NCBI GenBank assembly: GCA_963666055.2
Contig: CAXWPH010000015.1
Span: forward strand, 64,001-128,000
Reading direction: 5' to 3'
Source: Acidobacteriota bacterium
Lineage (GTDB): Bacteria; Acidobacteriota; UBA890; WLXD01
DNA length: 64,000 bases
Positions within the stretch are counted from its first letter, which is position 1. Each line of letters begins with the position of its first letter. A program made the translations under genes and the position numbers. Shown here piece after piece: positions 1 to 9,481 of this stretch. The notes below the pieces were generated by a model. It did no database searches. It saw nothing but the letters and a program-made list of their open reading frames with translations, and was not told the origin of the DNA.

Positions 1-106
1 GCATCGCGCCGCTGCTGGCACGAATCATGGAGGGCGAGGACACTGCGCGCGACGTCGACCGCGCCCGATTGCTCGAATCGCGGCCACGAGCGAGCCGCCT
101 CGATCA

Positions 107-1534
107 GTGAGCCCGGCCGAGCCCACCAATCGCCGCCGTTTCGTACTAGGAGCACTCGGCGCTGCTTCGCTGCTCGGCGTACCACGGTTGCCACGGCGAG
201 TCGGCGCGCCTTGGCGATGGCATTGGCCACTCGACCTGGATGGCGACGGTGTGATCTCAGAGACGGATCGCGCCTTGCTTTCCGGCCTGCAGGATTCGTC
301 GCGCGGTAGTCGGCTGCACCCCCGCGACGGCTGGGATCCGCGGCTCGATTTCCTCTCGCGAGGACACGTCAGCGCCGACCAGTTGCAACGCTACGATGCG
401 GTACGTCCCGTTCTCGGCACCCGCCTGCCGCCGCGGCCCATCGTGGCTTGTTGGCACTACGGCTGGTATGGACCAGGCCGCCGCCGCGGCGAGCCAACCA
501 CGGTTCGCTATCTGGGTGGCAGCTACCTCTCGCACGATCGCCGCACAGAGGAAGAGTTCAACGCACTCAAGGAAGAGTTCGGCATCAGTGCCGACTTGCT
601 GTCGTGGACCGACGAGCGCCGGCTCTTGCAAGCCTACGAGCGTGCCTACCTGAGCGCCTCCAACCACCACCGACGACGATTCGGGTTGCTGTACGAAAGC
701 AACATCAGCCTCGGCACGACGCGGCGAATCGACTTTGCCCCAGAGGGGCCGGCGTTCGACAAGCTGGTGCGCGACTTCCGCCGCATGGGCGGCTGGCTAG
801 CGGCAATCGACAGCGATCGACTCTTGCGGTTCGACGGGCGCCCGGTGGTGTTCGTATTCGGATCTCACACCTTCGGCCCGACGCGCGCCAACCTGCCGCA
901 CGTGGGCAGAGCTCTCGAACGCGCCCGCAGCGCCTTCGCCGAGGCCTTTGGCACCCCGCCTTGGCTGATCGGCGACGAAGCGTTGTTTCCGGCCGACCCG
1001 GGAGCGGGACATGACCGACTGTTTCGAGCCGCCTACTTCGATGCGGTGTCGCGCTACCACCACTACGACGCCACACAGATCAGGGCTCTCGGCGAGGGTC
1101 GCGCGGTGCGCCTCGACGGGTCGCATGTGCGGCGGCTGGTGGCCAACGAGAGGCGCACGATGGCGGCCTACCGCGCGGTGAAGAATCGTTACAGTGGCGA
1201 ACCGCTGCTGGTGATCCCGTCCAGTGCGGCCGGGTTTGCCAAGGTCCGCCTGCCATCGCTGCTCGCCAGCCGCGACGACTACGCCTCCCTGCTGGCGGCC
1301 ATGCAAGAGCTCACCGACGAGCACCTGCGCGACCTGCACGCCGAACGACTCGGCACACCAGCGATGCCCGCGCCGCTGGTCATCGCCGGGTCGTGGAACG
1401 AGGAGTTCGAGGGACACGCGCTCATGCCGGCGGCCACCAACCGCGCACTGTTTCACATGCGCGACGGCGGTTTCGACTGGCTGTATGCCCTCAAGTCGAT
1501 GTACGGCTGGAACAGCTGGGCCGTACGGAGCTAG
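107..1534 (+). CDS. Tat-exported glycoside hydrolase family 99-like protein with N-terminal dockerin/EF-hand-like motif
   Basis: Twin-Arg leader RRRFVLGALG; Ca-binding-like loop DLDGDGVISETD; GH99/GH71-like motifs HYGWYG, LLYES, GSWNEEFEGHALMP. Confidence 0.6.
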   Translation: MSPAEPTNRRRFVLGALGAASLLGVPRLPRRVGAPWRWHWPLDLDGDGVISETDRALLSGLQDSSRGSRLHPRDGWDPRLDFLSRGHVSADQLQRYDAVRPVLGTRLPPRPIVACWHYGWYGPGRRRGEPTTVRYLGGSYLSHDRRTEEEFNALKEEFGISADLLSWTDERRLLQAYERAYLSASNHHRRRFGLLYESNISLGTTRRIDFAPEGPAFDKLVRDFRRMGGWLAAIDSDRLLRFDGRPVVFVFGSHTFGPTRANLPHVGRALERARSAFAEAFGTPPWLIGDEALFPADPGAGHDRLFRAAYFDAVSRYHHYDATQIRALGEGRAVRLDGSHVRRLVANERRTMAAYRAVKNRYSGEPLLVIPSSAAGFAKVRLPSLLASRDDYASLLAAMQELTDEHLRDLHAERLGTPAMPAPLVIAGSWNEEFEGHALMPAATNRALFHMRDGGFDWLYALKSMYGWNSWAVRS

Positions 1535-1544
1535 ACTGCCCGCC

Positions 1545-1832
1545 ATGTCTGCCCGAGAGCGCATCGAACGTGTCGCCGAGCTCGCCCGACTGGAGCTTTC
1601 GGCGCACGAGTGCGACGAGATCGCGCCCCAAATCGAGCGTATCCTCGCCTATGTGGATCAGCTGCGGGAGGTCGACGTGACGGGCGTCGAGCGCACCCGG
1701 AACCTGCGTGAGGACGAGGACGTGCGACGCGCCGACGAGCCGCAACCGTCGTTGCCTCGTCAGCGCACCTTCGAGGGCGCGCCGGAGATCGTCGACGAGC
1801 ATTTCGCAGTGCCGCGTGTGATCCCTGGATAG
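1545..1832 (+). CDS. gatC: Asp/Glu-tRNA amidotransferase subunit C
   Basis: 95 aa starting MSARERIERVAELARLELS, with ILAYVDQLREVD and FAVPRVI; directly upstream of gatA. Confidence 0.92.
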   Translation: MSARERIERVAELARLELSAHECDEIAPQIERILAYVDQLREVDVTGVERTRNLREDEDVRRADEPQPSLPRQRTFEGAPEIVDEHFAVPRVIPG

Positions 1833-1845
1833 GCGGCAGGCGCAC

Positions 1846-3285
1846 ATGAGCAACGCTCTCGGTGAGCTCTCGGTAACAGCTACGGTCGAGGGAATCCAGT
1901 CCGGCAAATTCAGCGCCGCGGAGCGCGTCGCGTCGGCGTTGCGCCGCATCGAGGAGCGCGATCCCGCCGTACACGCGTTTCTCGAGGTATGGGCCGACGA
2001 GGCCGGCAGGGCCGCTCAACAACTCGACACCAGCTCCGACATGCGCCAGCTGCCGCTCGCCGGTGTTCCCGTGGCGCTCAAGGACAACCTGTGTTTCGAG
2101 GGCCACATCGCCGCGGCGGGCTCCAGAATCCTCCGCGATTGGATCTCGCCCTACTCGGCCACGGCCGTGCAACGATTGCTCGACGCCGGTGCGATTCCGG
2201 TCGGGCGCGCCAACATGGACGAATTCGCCATGGGGTCGTCGACCGAGAATTCCTCGCTCGGCCCCACCCACAATCCGGCGGCTCCGGGACGCGTTCCTGG
2301 CGGCAGCAGCGGCGGCCCGGCGGCAGCGGTGGCGGCGGGCATGGTGCCGGTGGCGCTGGGCTCCGACACCGGCGGCTCGGTACGCCAACCGGCTTCCTTC
2401 TGCGGCATCGTCGGGCTCAAGCCCACCTACGGACGGGTGTCGCGCTACGGGCTCATCGCCTTCGCCTCGTCACTCGACCAGATCGGCCCGCTGTGTGGCA
2501 ACGTCGCCGACAGCGCCCAGGTGTTGAGGGTGATCGCCGGGCACGATCGACGCGACTCCACCAGCTTGAACGAGCCGGTCGAGAACTATGCGGCGCGGCT
2601 CGCCAATTCCGATGCGGCCATCCGCCTGGGCGTGGCCTCCGACTGGAAGGGCGAGGGCATCGACAGCGCCGTAGCCGGCTGCTTCGAGGGCGCGCTGGAG
2701 GCGCTCGCCGACCGCGGCATCGAGATCAGCACGATCGAGCTTCCGCATGCCGCCTACGCGGTGGCGACCTACTACGTCATCGCCACCGCCGAGGCGAGCT
2801 CCAACCTGGCTCGCTACGACGGGGTGCGCTACGGGCATCGCGCCGAGGAAACCGAGAGTCCGGTGGAGATGTTGCGGCGCAGCCGCAGCGAGGGCTTCGG
2901 CGCCGAGGTGAAGCGCCGCATCCTGCTGGGAACCTTCGTTCTGTCAGCCGGCTACCACGACCAGTACTACGGGCGCGCCCAACGCGTTCGCACCCTGGTG
3001 TGCGGCGATTTCGACGCCGCATTCGCCGGCGTCGACGCCATCATCGGACCCACCAGCCCCACCGTCGCTTTCGAGCTCGGCGAGCGCACCGCGGATCCGC
3101 TGGCGATGTATCTGAGCGACATCTACACGGTAACAGCGAACCTCGCCGGACTGCCGGCGATCTCGATTCCTGCCAACGTCGGCGCCGACGGCCTGCCGAT
3201 CGGCATCCAGCTCGTCGCGCCAAAGCTGGCGGAATCGCGACTGTTGCAGATCGCCCACCGTGTCGAGACCGTGCTCGCCGGCTGA
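1846..3285 (+). CDS. gatA: Asp/Glu-tRNA amidotransferase subunit A
   Basis: Amidase signature GGSSGG/GSDTGGSVRQPASFCG; GatA motifs EASSNLARYDG, EVKRRILLG, MYLSDIYTV. Confidence 0.97.
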   Translation: MSNALGELSVTATVEGIQSGKFSAAERVASALRRIEERDPAVHAFLEVWADEAGRAAQQLDTSSDMRQLPLAGVPVALKDNLCFEGHIAAAGSRILRDWISPYSATAVQRLLDAGAIPVGRANMDEFAMGSSTENSSLGPTHNPAAPGRVPGGSSGGPAAAVAAGMVPVALGSDTGGSVRQPASFCGIVGLKPTYGRVSRYGLIAFASSLDQIGPLCGNVADSAQVLRVIAGHDRRDSTSLNEPVENYAARLANSDAAIRLGVASDWKGEGIDSAVAGCFEGALEALADRGIEISTIELPHAAYAVATYYVIATAEASSNLARYDGVRYGHRAEETESPVEMLRRSRSEGFGAEVKRRILLGTFVLSAGYHDQYYGRAQRVRTLVCGDFDAAFAGVDAIIGPTSPTVAFELGERTADPLAMYLSDIYTVTANLAGLPAISIPANVGADGLPIGIQLVAPKLAESRLLQIAHRVETVLAG

Positions 3286-3324
3286 CCCAGGCCGCCTTGC
3301 ATCTGACCCAACTCGCCGTAGGCG

Positions 3325-3346
3325 CACTTTCACCACGGCCTGCTAG
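3325..3346. repeat. Partial (right-end) copy of the CTAG-targeting MITE terminal repeat
   Basis: cactttcaccacggcctg-ctag is identical to 29376-29397; the CTAG overlaps the tatD stop codon. Confidence 0.8.
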
Positions 3347-4155
3347 ATACCGAACAGCATCCGACAGTTAGCGGCGGTAATCGACGCCACCGCTTCGGCG
3401 TCCACCCGATGAATCGTCGCCAGGCACTCGGCCACGGCGCCCACGAACGCCGGCTCGTTGCGCTTTCCACGGTGCGGCACCGGCGCCAGATAGGGAGCAT
3501 CGGTCTCGATCAACGTGCGCTCGAGCGGCACGGTGGCGGCGCTGCGTCGGAGATCCTTGGCGCTACCGAACGTCAGGATGCCCGAGAACGACACGTAGAA
3601 CCCGGCATCGACGGCCGCCGCCGCCATGCGCTCGCTCTCGGTGAAGCAGTGGATCACGCCGCGCAGCGGAGCCCGTTCGGGGTCGCCGCCAGCGCCAGCG
3701 TCGCGGATCATCGCCATCACGTCATCCTCGGCCTCGCGACTGTGCACCACCACTGGGAGTTGGTCTTCCAGGGCCCATCGGAGTTGTGCGCCGAACAGGT
3801 CGCGTTGCTCGTCGGGCGGCATGTCGTAGTGATAGTCGAGGCCAATCTCGCCGACCGCAACGATGCGCGGACGCGACAGCAACGCTTGCACCTCGGTACG
3901 AGCGCTGGCATGCGCCTCGGCGACATTGTGCGGTGCGAAGCCGACCGTGCCATACAGCGCCGGTGCTGGTGCCGGTGAATCGTCGTCCCCGGCGCCCGAC
4001 GTCACCAACTCCACCACCTGGTGACTCGATTCCAGGTTGTAGCCGATCACCACCACCGCCTCGACGCCGGCGCTGGCGGCACGCGCCAGCAGCTCGGTAC
4101 GGTCCTCGTCGAAGCGCTCGTCGGTGAGATGGGCGTGTGAGTCGATGAGCTTCAA
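3343..4155 (-). CDS. tatD: TatD family nuclease
   Basis: DSHAHL, GEIGLDYHY, VVVHSREA, HCFT, ETDAPYLAPVPHRGKRNEP. Confidence 0.95.
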   Translation of the reverse strand: MKLIDSHAHLTDERFDEDRTELLARAASAGVEAVVVIGYNLESSHQVVELVTSGAGDDDSPAPAPALYGTVGFAPHNVAEAHASARTEVQALLSRPRIVAVGEIGLDYHYDMPPDEQRDLFGAQLRWALEDQLPVVVHSREAEDDVMAMIRDAGAGGDPERAPLRGVIHCFTESERMAAAAVDAGFYVSFSGILTFGSAKDLRRSAATVPLERTLIETDAPYLAPVPHRGKRNEPAFVGAVAECLATIHRVDAEAVASITAANCRMLFGI

Positions 4156-4472
4156 CGCACCCGCTGTCCCGGCGGAATCCAGCGATCGAAGGTAGCGAGC
4201 ATCGGGCTGCCGTCGACGTCGGCGGCGAGCACCATACCTTGCGATTCCACCCCTCGGATGGTCGCCGGCTCGAGATTCGCAACGACGATGATCTTCATCC
4301 CGGGCAGCTCAGCCACGTCGTATGCGGCGGCGATCCCCGCCACCAGGGTGCGCACCTCGTCGCCCAGATCCACCGTGAGCTTTATCAACTTGTCCGTCTT
4401 CGGGACGCGCTCAGCGGTCTCGATGCGGGCGCTGCGCAACTCGATTTCCATGAAGTCCTTGATCGAGATCAT
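4152..4472 (-). CDS. Stand-alone tRNA-binding OB-fold protein (MetG C-terminal domain / Trbp111-CsaA family)
   Basis: ISIKDFMEIELRSARI, DKLIKLTVDLG, VVANLEPATIRGVESQGMVLAA; ATG at 4472; overlaps the tatD start. Confidence 0.9.
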   Translation of the reverse strand: MISIKDFMEIELRSARIETAERVPKTDKLIKLTVDLGDEVRTLVAGIAAAYDVAELPGMKIIVVANLEPATIRGVESQGMVLAADVDGSPMLATFDRWIPPGQRVR

Positions 4473-4578
4473 TGGTATTCCTGTGGTTCGCTGATCGGGG
4501 TGAAGGGTGCTCGGCCTGGGTGCGATACGAAGACTTGGCTCGTAGGTCACTGGGGCTCGCGGACTTGAGCGATCCCGT

Positions 4579-6933
4579 TCAGAAAAACTCCGCCTTGAAC
4601 GCTTCATGTTTGAGCCGAGCCCTCTCGAGAACGGCATCGAGACCGGGGTGTCCGCGAGCCGGATCCAGGAACCGGCACTTCAGCCAGTGCGAGTACTCGA
4701 AAGCTCCCCCATCGACCGCCTTGTCGAGCAGAGCAATGCACTTGTCGATCTCGCTGTTGATGCAATAGATTCCGGCTAGGTAGAACCATCCCTCGCCGTC
4801 AACGAGGTCGGCCTCTTCCCACCTGCGGGCGGCCTCGAGCGCCCGCTCGTAGTCTCCATCGAGCGCCGACAACAGGCCGATCGCCCAGAGTCCGATGATG
4901 CCCTCCGGATCGGCGGCGATGGCCTGGGACAATTTCGCCCGCGCCTCTTCGATCTGTCCACGCCGAATCGCGATCTCACCTTCCCACGCCATTGCGAGAT
5001 CGGGTGGCCCGAGGTAAAAGGCTTCGATCGCATCTTCGTATCGTCCGTTCTGGACATACGAAAAAGCGGCCGACCGAAACAGGGAATTGGTGGGGTCTAT
5101 GTCGAGAGCAGTGTCCATGGCGGTTATCGACTCCTCGAGCATGCCCGCGTAGCGTAGTACGTAGCCGTACGCGAAGACTCCCACGGCGCTGTTGGGATTG
5201 ATCTCGAGAGTTCGCTGCGCCGTTTCCATGGCCAGATCAGTCTCTCCGGAATCGACGTAGAGCATGGTCACGTGGGCAAGCGCGCTGAGTAGCTCGGGAT
5301 TTATCTCGAGAGCCTTCAGCAAGAAACCTCTTGCCTGATTCTCGACCTCCTCACCCCCAAGCTCCCAGTACGCCGCTACCTGGGCTCGCCTTCCAAGCGC
5401 ATCCCACGCCGGTGCGAACGTCGGGTCGAGCTCGGTCGATTGGCGGAGCATGTTGACGGCTAGTCGGTTGCCCTCGGGTTCCTCCGGGTACAACAGAGAG
5501 CGCAGGTAATACTCGTATGCCAACGGACTGCTTGAAACGTCGGCGTTCATTCGATCCCGCTCGTCTTCGGAGAATGAAACCTCGAGCCGCGTGAGCAACC
5601 GTTCCGACACCAGATCCTGCATCTGGAAGGCGTCGTGGTACGACACCTCTATCGGTTCGCTCCATACAATTTGTCCGCTATGCAGATCGATCAGCTCGAC
5701 GGTGAGCCGCATCCTGTCGCCCTGCTGCAGATAGTTGCCGGCCAGTACGAAGTTCACGGCCAGCTCATCCCTCACTTCATCCAGGTCGTAGTCGCCATGC
5801 TGGTACTTGCGTACCGAACTCGATGGGCGGACGTTCAGATCCTGTACGTAGGTAAGCGAACCGATGATTTGATCTGCCAGCGCGTAACCCAGGAAGTCGG
5901 TCTCAGGGTCGGTCCGCAGATTGGAGAACGGAAGGACCGCCAACTTGGTTACCTCATCGGGCCCAATCGTTTCCTTCTCCCGGTCGAACACCGTGTATGA
6001 GGCAACCACCAAGAATCCGATCAGAGCAACTGCCGCCACGACCGCCACCCACCTCTGTCTCCCTGTGTCATCCGCGTCGGTGGATCGAACAGCCGCATCG
6101 CGTAGGCTCTGGAGCTCGACCGACAACTCACGCGAGCTCTGGTATCGGTCGGCAGGCTCTTTCTCCAGGCACCGGTGGACGATCCTCGCGAGAAGCGGCG
6201 GCAGATCGGCTCGTCGCTCGCCGAGCGGGGTCGGGGTGTCCTTGAGGATTAAGGAGATCGTCTCAAACGCCGACGCGCCCCTGAAGGGTCGGTTCCCCGA
6301 CGCCATCTCGTAGAGCACGATGCCCAGCGAGAAGATATCGCTTCGATGGTCGACGGGTCGTGCGCTCGCCTGCTCGGGCGACATGTAGGCTGTCGTGCCC
6401 ATGATCATCCCCTGCCGCGTCAACAGATCGGTCTCCGTGCTCTCCGAAACGGCCCCATCCTTCTGGAGCTTGGCGATGCCGAAGTCGAGGACCTTCACCA
6501 GGCCGTCGTCCGTCACCATGATGTTGGCCGGCTTCAGATCGCGGTGAACCACGCCTTGATCGTGCGCGGCACGGAGCGCCTCCGTGACCGGGCTGGCAAC
6601 CTCGAAGAACCGCTCGACCGACATGCCGTCCGGGCCGATGAGTTGATCCAGCGTTGAGCCCTCGACGTACTCCATCACGATGAAGTGGACGCCGTCGTGC
6701 TCCTCCACCGAATGCAAGGTCACGACGCTGGGGTGGTTGATCCGCGCGACGGCCTTGGCTTCTCGCCGGAATCTTCCCAACCTTTCGGGATCGCTGGCCA
6801 CCTCTGCAGGCAAGACCTTGATCGCCACCTTGCGACCCAGCCGTGTGTCCTTCCCCAGATACACCTCGCCCATACCGCCTGCACCAAGCAGTGTGAGGAT
6901 CTCGTAGTGGCCTAGTTTGGTACCGGGTTCCAT
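4579..6933 (-). CDS. Ser/Thr protein kinase with TM helix, TolB-N-like and TPR domains
   Basis: GAGGMGEVY, VAIK, HRDLKPANIM, DFG, YMSPEQ; TM segment; LAVLPFSN domain; TPR-like helices. Confidence 0.93.
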   Translation of the reverse strand: MEPGTKLGHYEILTLLGAGGMGEVYLGKDTRLGRKVAIKVLPAEVASDPERLGRFRREAKAVARINHPSVVTLHSVEEHDGVHFIVMEYVEGSTLDQLIGPDGMSVERFFEVASPVTEALRAAHDQGVVHRDLKPANIMVTDDGLVKVLDFGIAKLQKDGAVSESTETDLLTRQGMIMGTTAYMSPEQASARPVDHRSDIFSLGIVLYEMASGNRPFRGASAFETISLILKDTPTPLGERRADLPPLLARIVHRCLEKEPADRYQSSRELSVELQSLRDAAVRSTDADDTGRQRWVAVVAAVALIGFLVVASYTVFDREKETIGPDEVTKLAVLPFSNLRTDPETDFLGYALADQIIGSLTYVQDLNVRPSSSVRKYQHGDYDLDEVRDELAVNFVLAGNYLQQGDRMRLTVELIDLHSGQIVWSEPIEVSYHDAFQMQDLVSERLLTRLEVSFSEDERDRMNADVSSSPLAYEYYLRSLLYPEEPEGNRLAVNMLRQSTELDPTFAPAWDALGRRAQVAAYWELGGEEVENQARGFLLKALEINPELLSALAHVTMLYVDSGETDLAMETAQRTLEINPNSAVGVFAYGYVLRYAGMLEESITAMDTALDIDPTNSLFRSAAFSYVQNGRYEDAIEAFYLGPPDLAMAWEGEIAIRRGQIEEARAKLSQAIAADPEGIIGLWAIGLLSALDGDYERALEAARRWEEADLVDGEGWFYLAGIYCINSEIDKCIALLDKAVDGGAFEYSHWLKCRFLDPARGHPGLDAVLERARLKHEAFKAEFF

Positions 6934-7156
6934 GGCGCTACCAGAGGGGTGTGGGTGAGCTGTTGAAGCCTATCGCAAAGCCCAGCTGAGGCTTCTTGAC
7001 CGGAGCTGAAACGACAGCTATTTGCGCAGCGAATCCCTTGAGGAGCCCAACGATCGGTGGTTGTATCCGGGCGTCCCGATACTGACCAAGCCAGGAACGT
7101 GCCTCAACAAGGGTCATCTCGGAAATCCCGGGAGGTAGACAGTGGCTGGAGGATCG

Positions 7157-8962
7157 ATGACGGAAACCAGGCCCGGGCTGTGGATCGCTTTGCTGGCGAG
7201 CTTGAGCATAACGGCTTGTCAGCCGTCAACGGAGGACGCGTCGCCAGGCGATGCTGGCGGTCCTGCCGATTTGGTCCTGCAGGGCGGTAAGTTCTTTACC
7301 GTCGACGAAGCCCAGGTCTGGGCTGAAGCCGTCGCGATCAAGCACGGTAGGTTCGTCTACGTCGGCGACAACACTGGCGTACAGGACTTCGTTGGCCCCG
7401 ATACCGATCGCTATGACCTCGGCGGCAAGCTGGCAATTCCCGGTCTAGTGGATTCCCATACACACCCAGGTCTGATGGGGCGGGAGACGGCCGGGTATAC
7501 CGCGGTCCCCGTGGGTGGTGGTCCCAGAGGGACGCTGCCCAGGGGCGGGAGCAAGGAGGAGATCCTCGCTGCGGTGGAGGCGTATGCCCAAGCCAACCCG
7601 GACCTTGCCTGGATCGAGATGGGTAGTTGGTCCGGGGATCTGTACGGCGTCGCGGGCCCACATAGGAGAGATTTGGATCGCGTGGTACCGGATCGACCGG
7701 TGCAGTTAGGAAGCATCCATAGCGTTTGGGTCAATTCCGTGGCGCTCGAGATGATGGGGGTCGACAGCAATACACCCGATCCGGTACCCGGTCTTTCATA
7801 CTTCGTACGGGATGCCGATGGGGAGCCTACCGGCTGGATCAAGGAACTTGCCGCCTGGCCCTATTCGCAGCACCTTGCTGACGTTGACCGGGAGTCCAAC
7901 AAGGAGGGTATCGTCACCTTCTTGGAGTACCTGGCACGCCACGGCGTTACTTCACTCTGGGACGCTGGCAACTTCAACTACCACGATCTCACGTACTCGC
8001 TGTTGGCTGAGCTAGAGGCGGCCGGTCGTCTGCCAGTTCGCTACGAGGGCAGCTATCACATCTACTTGCCCGATCAGGTGCCCGATGCGATCGATGAGCT
8101 ACGGCGGCTGCGCCGCACCTACGGCGGCGAGCGTCTACGGTTCAACACCATCAAGATTCACTTCGATGGCACGAATGAGATTCGTACCGGCGCGCTGCTC
8201 GAGCCATTCAGCGATGACCCGGGCAACCGGGGCGCTACCCTGCTCGACACCGAGCAACTGCGTGACTTCATCGTGCAGCTTCACGAAGCCAGGATCGATC
8301 TGCACTTGCACATCCGGGGCGACCGGGGCATTCGCATCGCACTGGATGCCGTGGAAGCAGCGCGCAGGTCGGTCGACGGCGAGCTCTATCCACGCGTCAC
8401 CATCTGCCACCTCGACCTCATCGATACGGCTGACTATCCCCGTTTCAAACAGCTGGGTGTCATTGCCAACTACACGCCCCAATGGCTCGGCCTGGGAGAC
8501 CGACCGCCGCTGACCGCCGGTACCCTTGGCCCTCGCTACGCAAGGATGTTTCTGGTCCAGCCGTTACTGGACGACGGCGCGGTCGTGACCTTCTCCAGCG
8601 ACGTGGTATCGCTCAGGGGCATGGAGCGGGCCAACCCTTATCTGGGGATGCAGATCGGCCACAACCGCCAATACCATCAGCAAGGTGAGGCTGCGCCGAT
8701 CAGGCTGCCGATGAGCGAACGCCTGGACCTGGAGGATCTAATCAAGGGATATACCTTGAGCGGCGCCTATCAGCTCCGCATGGAGGACCAGCTCGGCTCG
8801 ATCGAGGTGGGCAAACTCGCCGACCTGGTCGTGTTGGATCGCAACCTGTTCGAAATCGATCGCTACGAGATCCACGAGGTTCGACCCGAAGCGGTCATCA
8901 TGGAAGGCGAGATCATCAGGGGAAGCCTGGCAGGCCGTGGTGAAAGTGTGGCGGGGAGATGA
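7157..8962 (+). CDS. Lipoprotein amidohydrolase (YtcJ / Amidohydro_3 family)
   Basis: Lipobox SITAC; PGLVDSHTHP; HIRGDRG; FSSD; [18 protein letters not shown]. Confidence 0.9.
   Translation: MTETRPGLWIALLASLSITACQPSTEDASPGDAGGPADLVLQGGKFFTVDEAQVWAEAVAIKHGRFVYVGDNTGVQDFVGPDTDRYDLGGKLAIPGLVDSHTHPGLMGRETAGYTAVPVGGGPRGTLPRGGSKEEILAAVEAYAQANPDLAWIEMGSWSGDLYGVAGPHRRDLDRVVPDRPVQLGSIHSVWVNSVALEMMGVDSNTPDPVPGLSYFVRDADGEPTGWIKELAAWPYSQHLADVDRESNKEGIVTFLEYLARHGVTSLWDAGNFNYHDLTYSLLAELEAAGRLPVRYEGSYHIYLPDQVPDAIDELRRLRRTYGGERLRFNTIKIHFDGTNEIRTGALLEPFSDDPGNRGATLLDTEQLRDFIVQLHEARIDLHLHIRGDRGIRIALDAVEAARRSVDGELYPRVTICHLDLIDTADYPRFKQLGVIANYTPQWLGLGDRPPLTAGTLGPRYARMFLVQPLLDDGAVVTFSSDVVSLRGMERANPYLGMQIGHNRQYHQQGEAAPIRLPMSERLDLEDLIKGYTLSGAYQLRMEDQLGSIEVGKLADLVVLDRNLFEIDRYEIHEVRPEAVIMEGEIIRGSLAGRGESVAGR
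8931..8956. repeat. Partial (left-end) copy of the MITE terminal repeat, inside the amidohydrolase 3' end
   Basis: caggccgtggtgaaagtgtgg matches 29223-29243; preceded by CTGG instead of CTAG. Confidence 0.75.
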
Positions 8963-9081
8963 GACCATAGCGGCAGCTTCGGCTTCGTAAGCTGCTTCAA
9001 GCGCCAGTTGCCCCGTGCTACATCGCCTGCCTACTGCTCATCCGATGACCCTCTCCAATCCCGACGCTCGGGGATGTTGGA

Positions 9082-9288
9082 CTATCTGCAGCCGTTGCAG
9101 GTGAGGTCGATGTGGAGTGGGTTATCAGAACCGCCGAGACCCGAGATGCTGAGCTGTTCTTCTCCGCCACCCGCAAGACCGATGCTGGCAACGGCAGGCT
9201 GAGGAGACAGGGCGACCATTAGGATCAACGTCCAGAGTCCAGCAGCGATGATGGTCAGTACGACCTTGGTGTAGCGATCTACTTTCAC
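9082..9288 (-). CDS. Small membrane-anchored/secreted hypothetical protein (68 aa)
   Basis: GTG preceded by GGGGGA; MKVDRYTKVVLTIIAAGLW hydrophobic N-terminus; C-terminal CNGC. Confidence 0.6.
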   Translation of the reverse strand: MKVDRYTKVVLTIIAAGLWTLILMVALSPQPAVASIGLAGGGEEQLSISGLGGSDNPLHIDLTCNGCR

Positions 9289-9481
9289 GGCAGTTCCCCC
9301 TATTAGGGTTTGAAGTGGGCTTTCGCGAGTCTTGACATGGTCGGGTGGCTTGTCCAGCGAATCGGGTACGCGATCATGGGCCCCTTGTAGTCCTAGCAGC
9401 GCCGGATCACAGTGCGGCCCAGGACCACCACAATGGGCGAGGTGAGCAATGGATCTCGAGCAACGAATCTGTTACAGGCCA

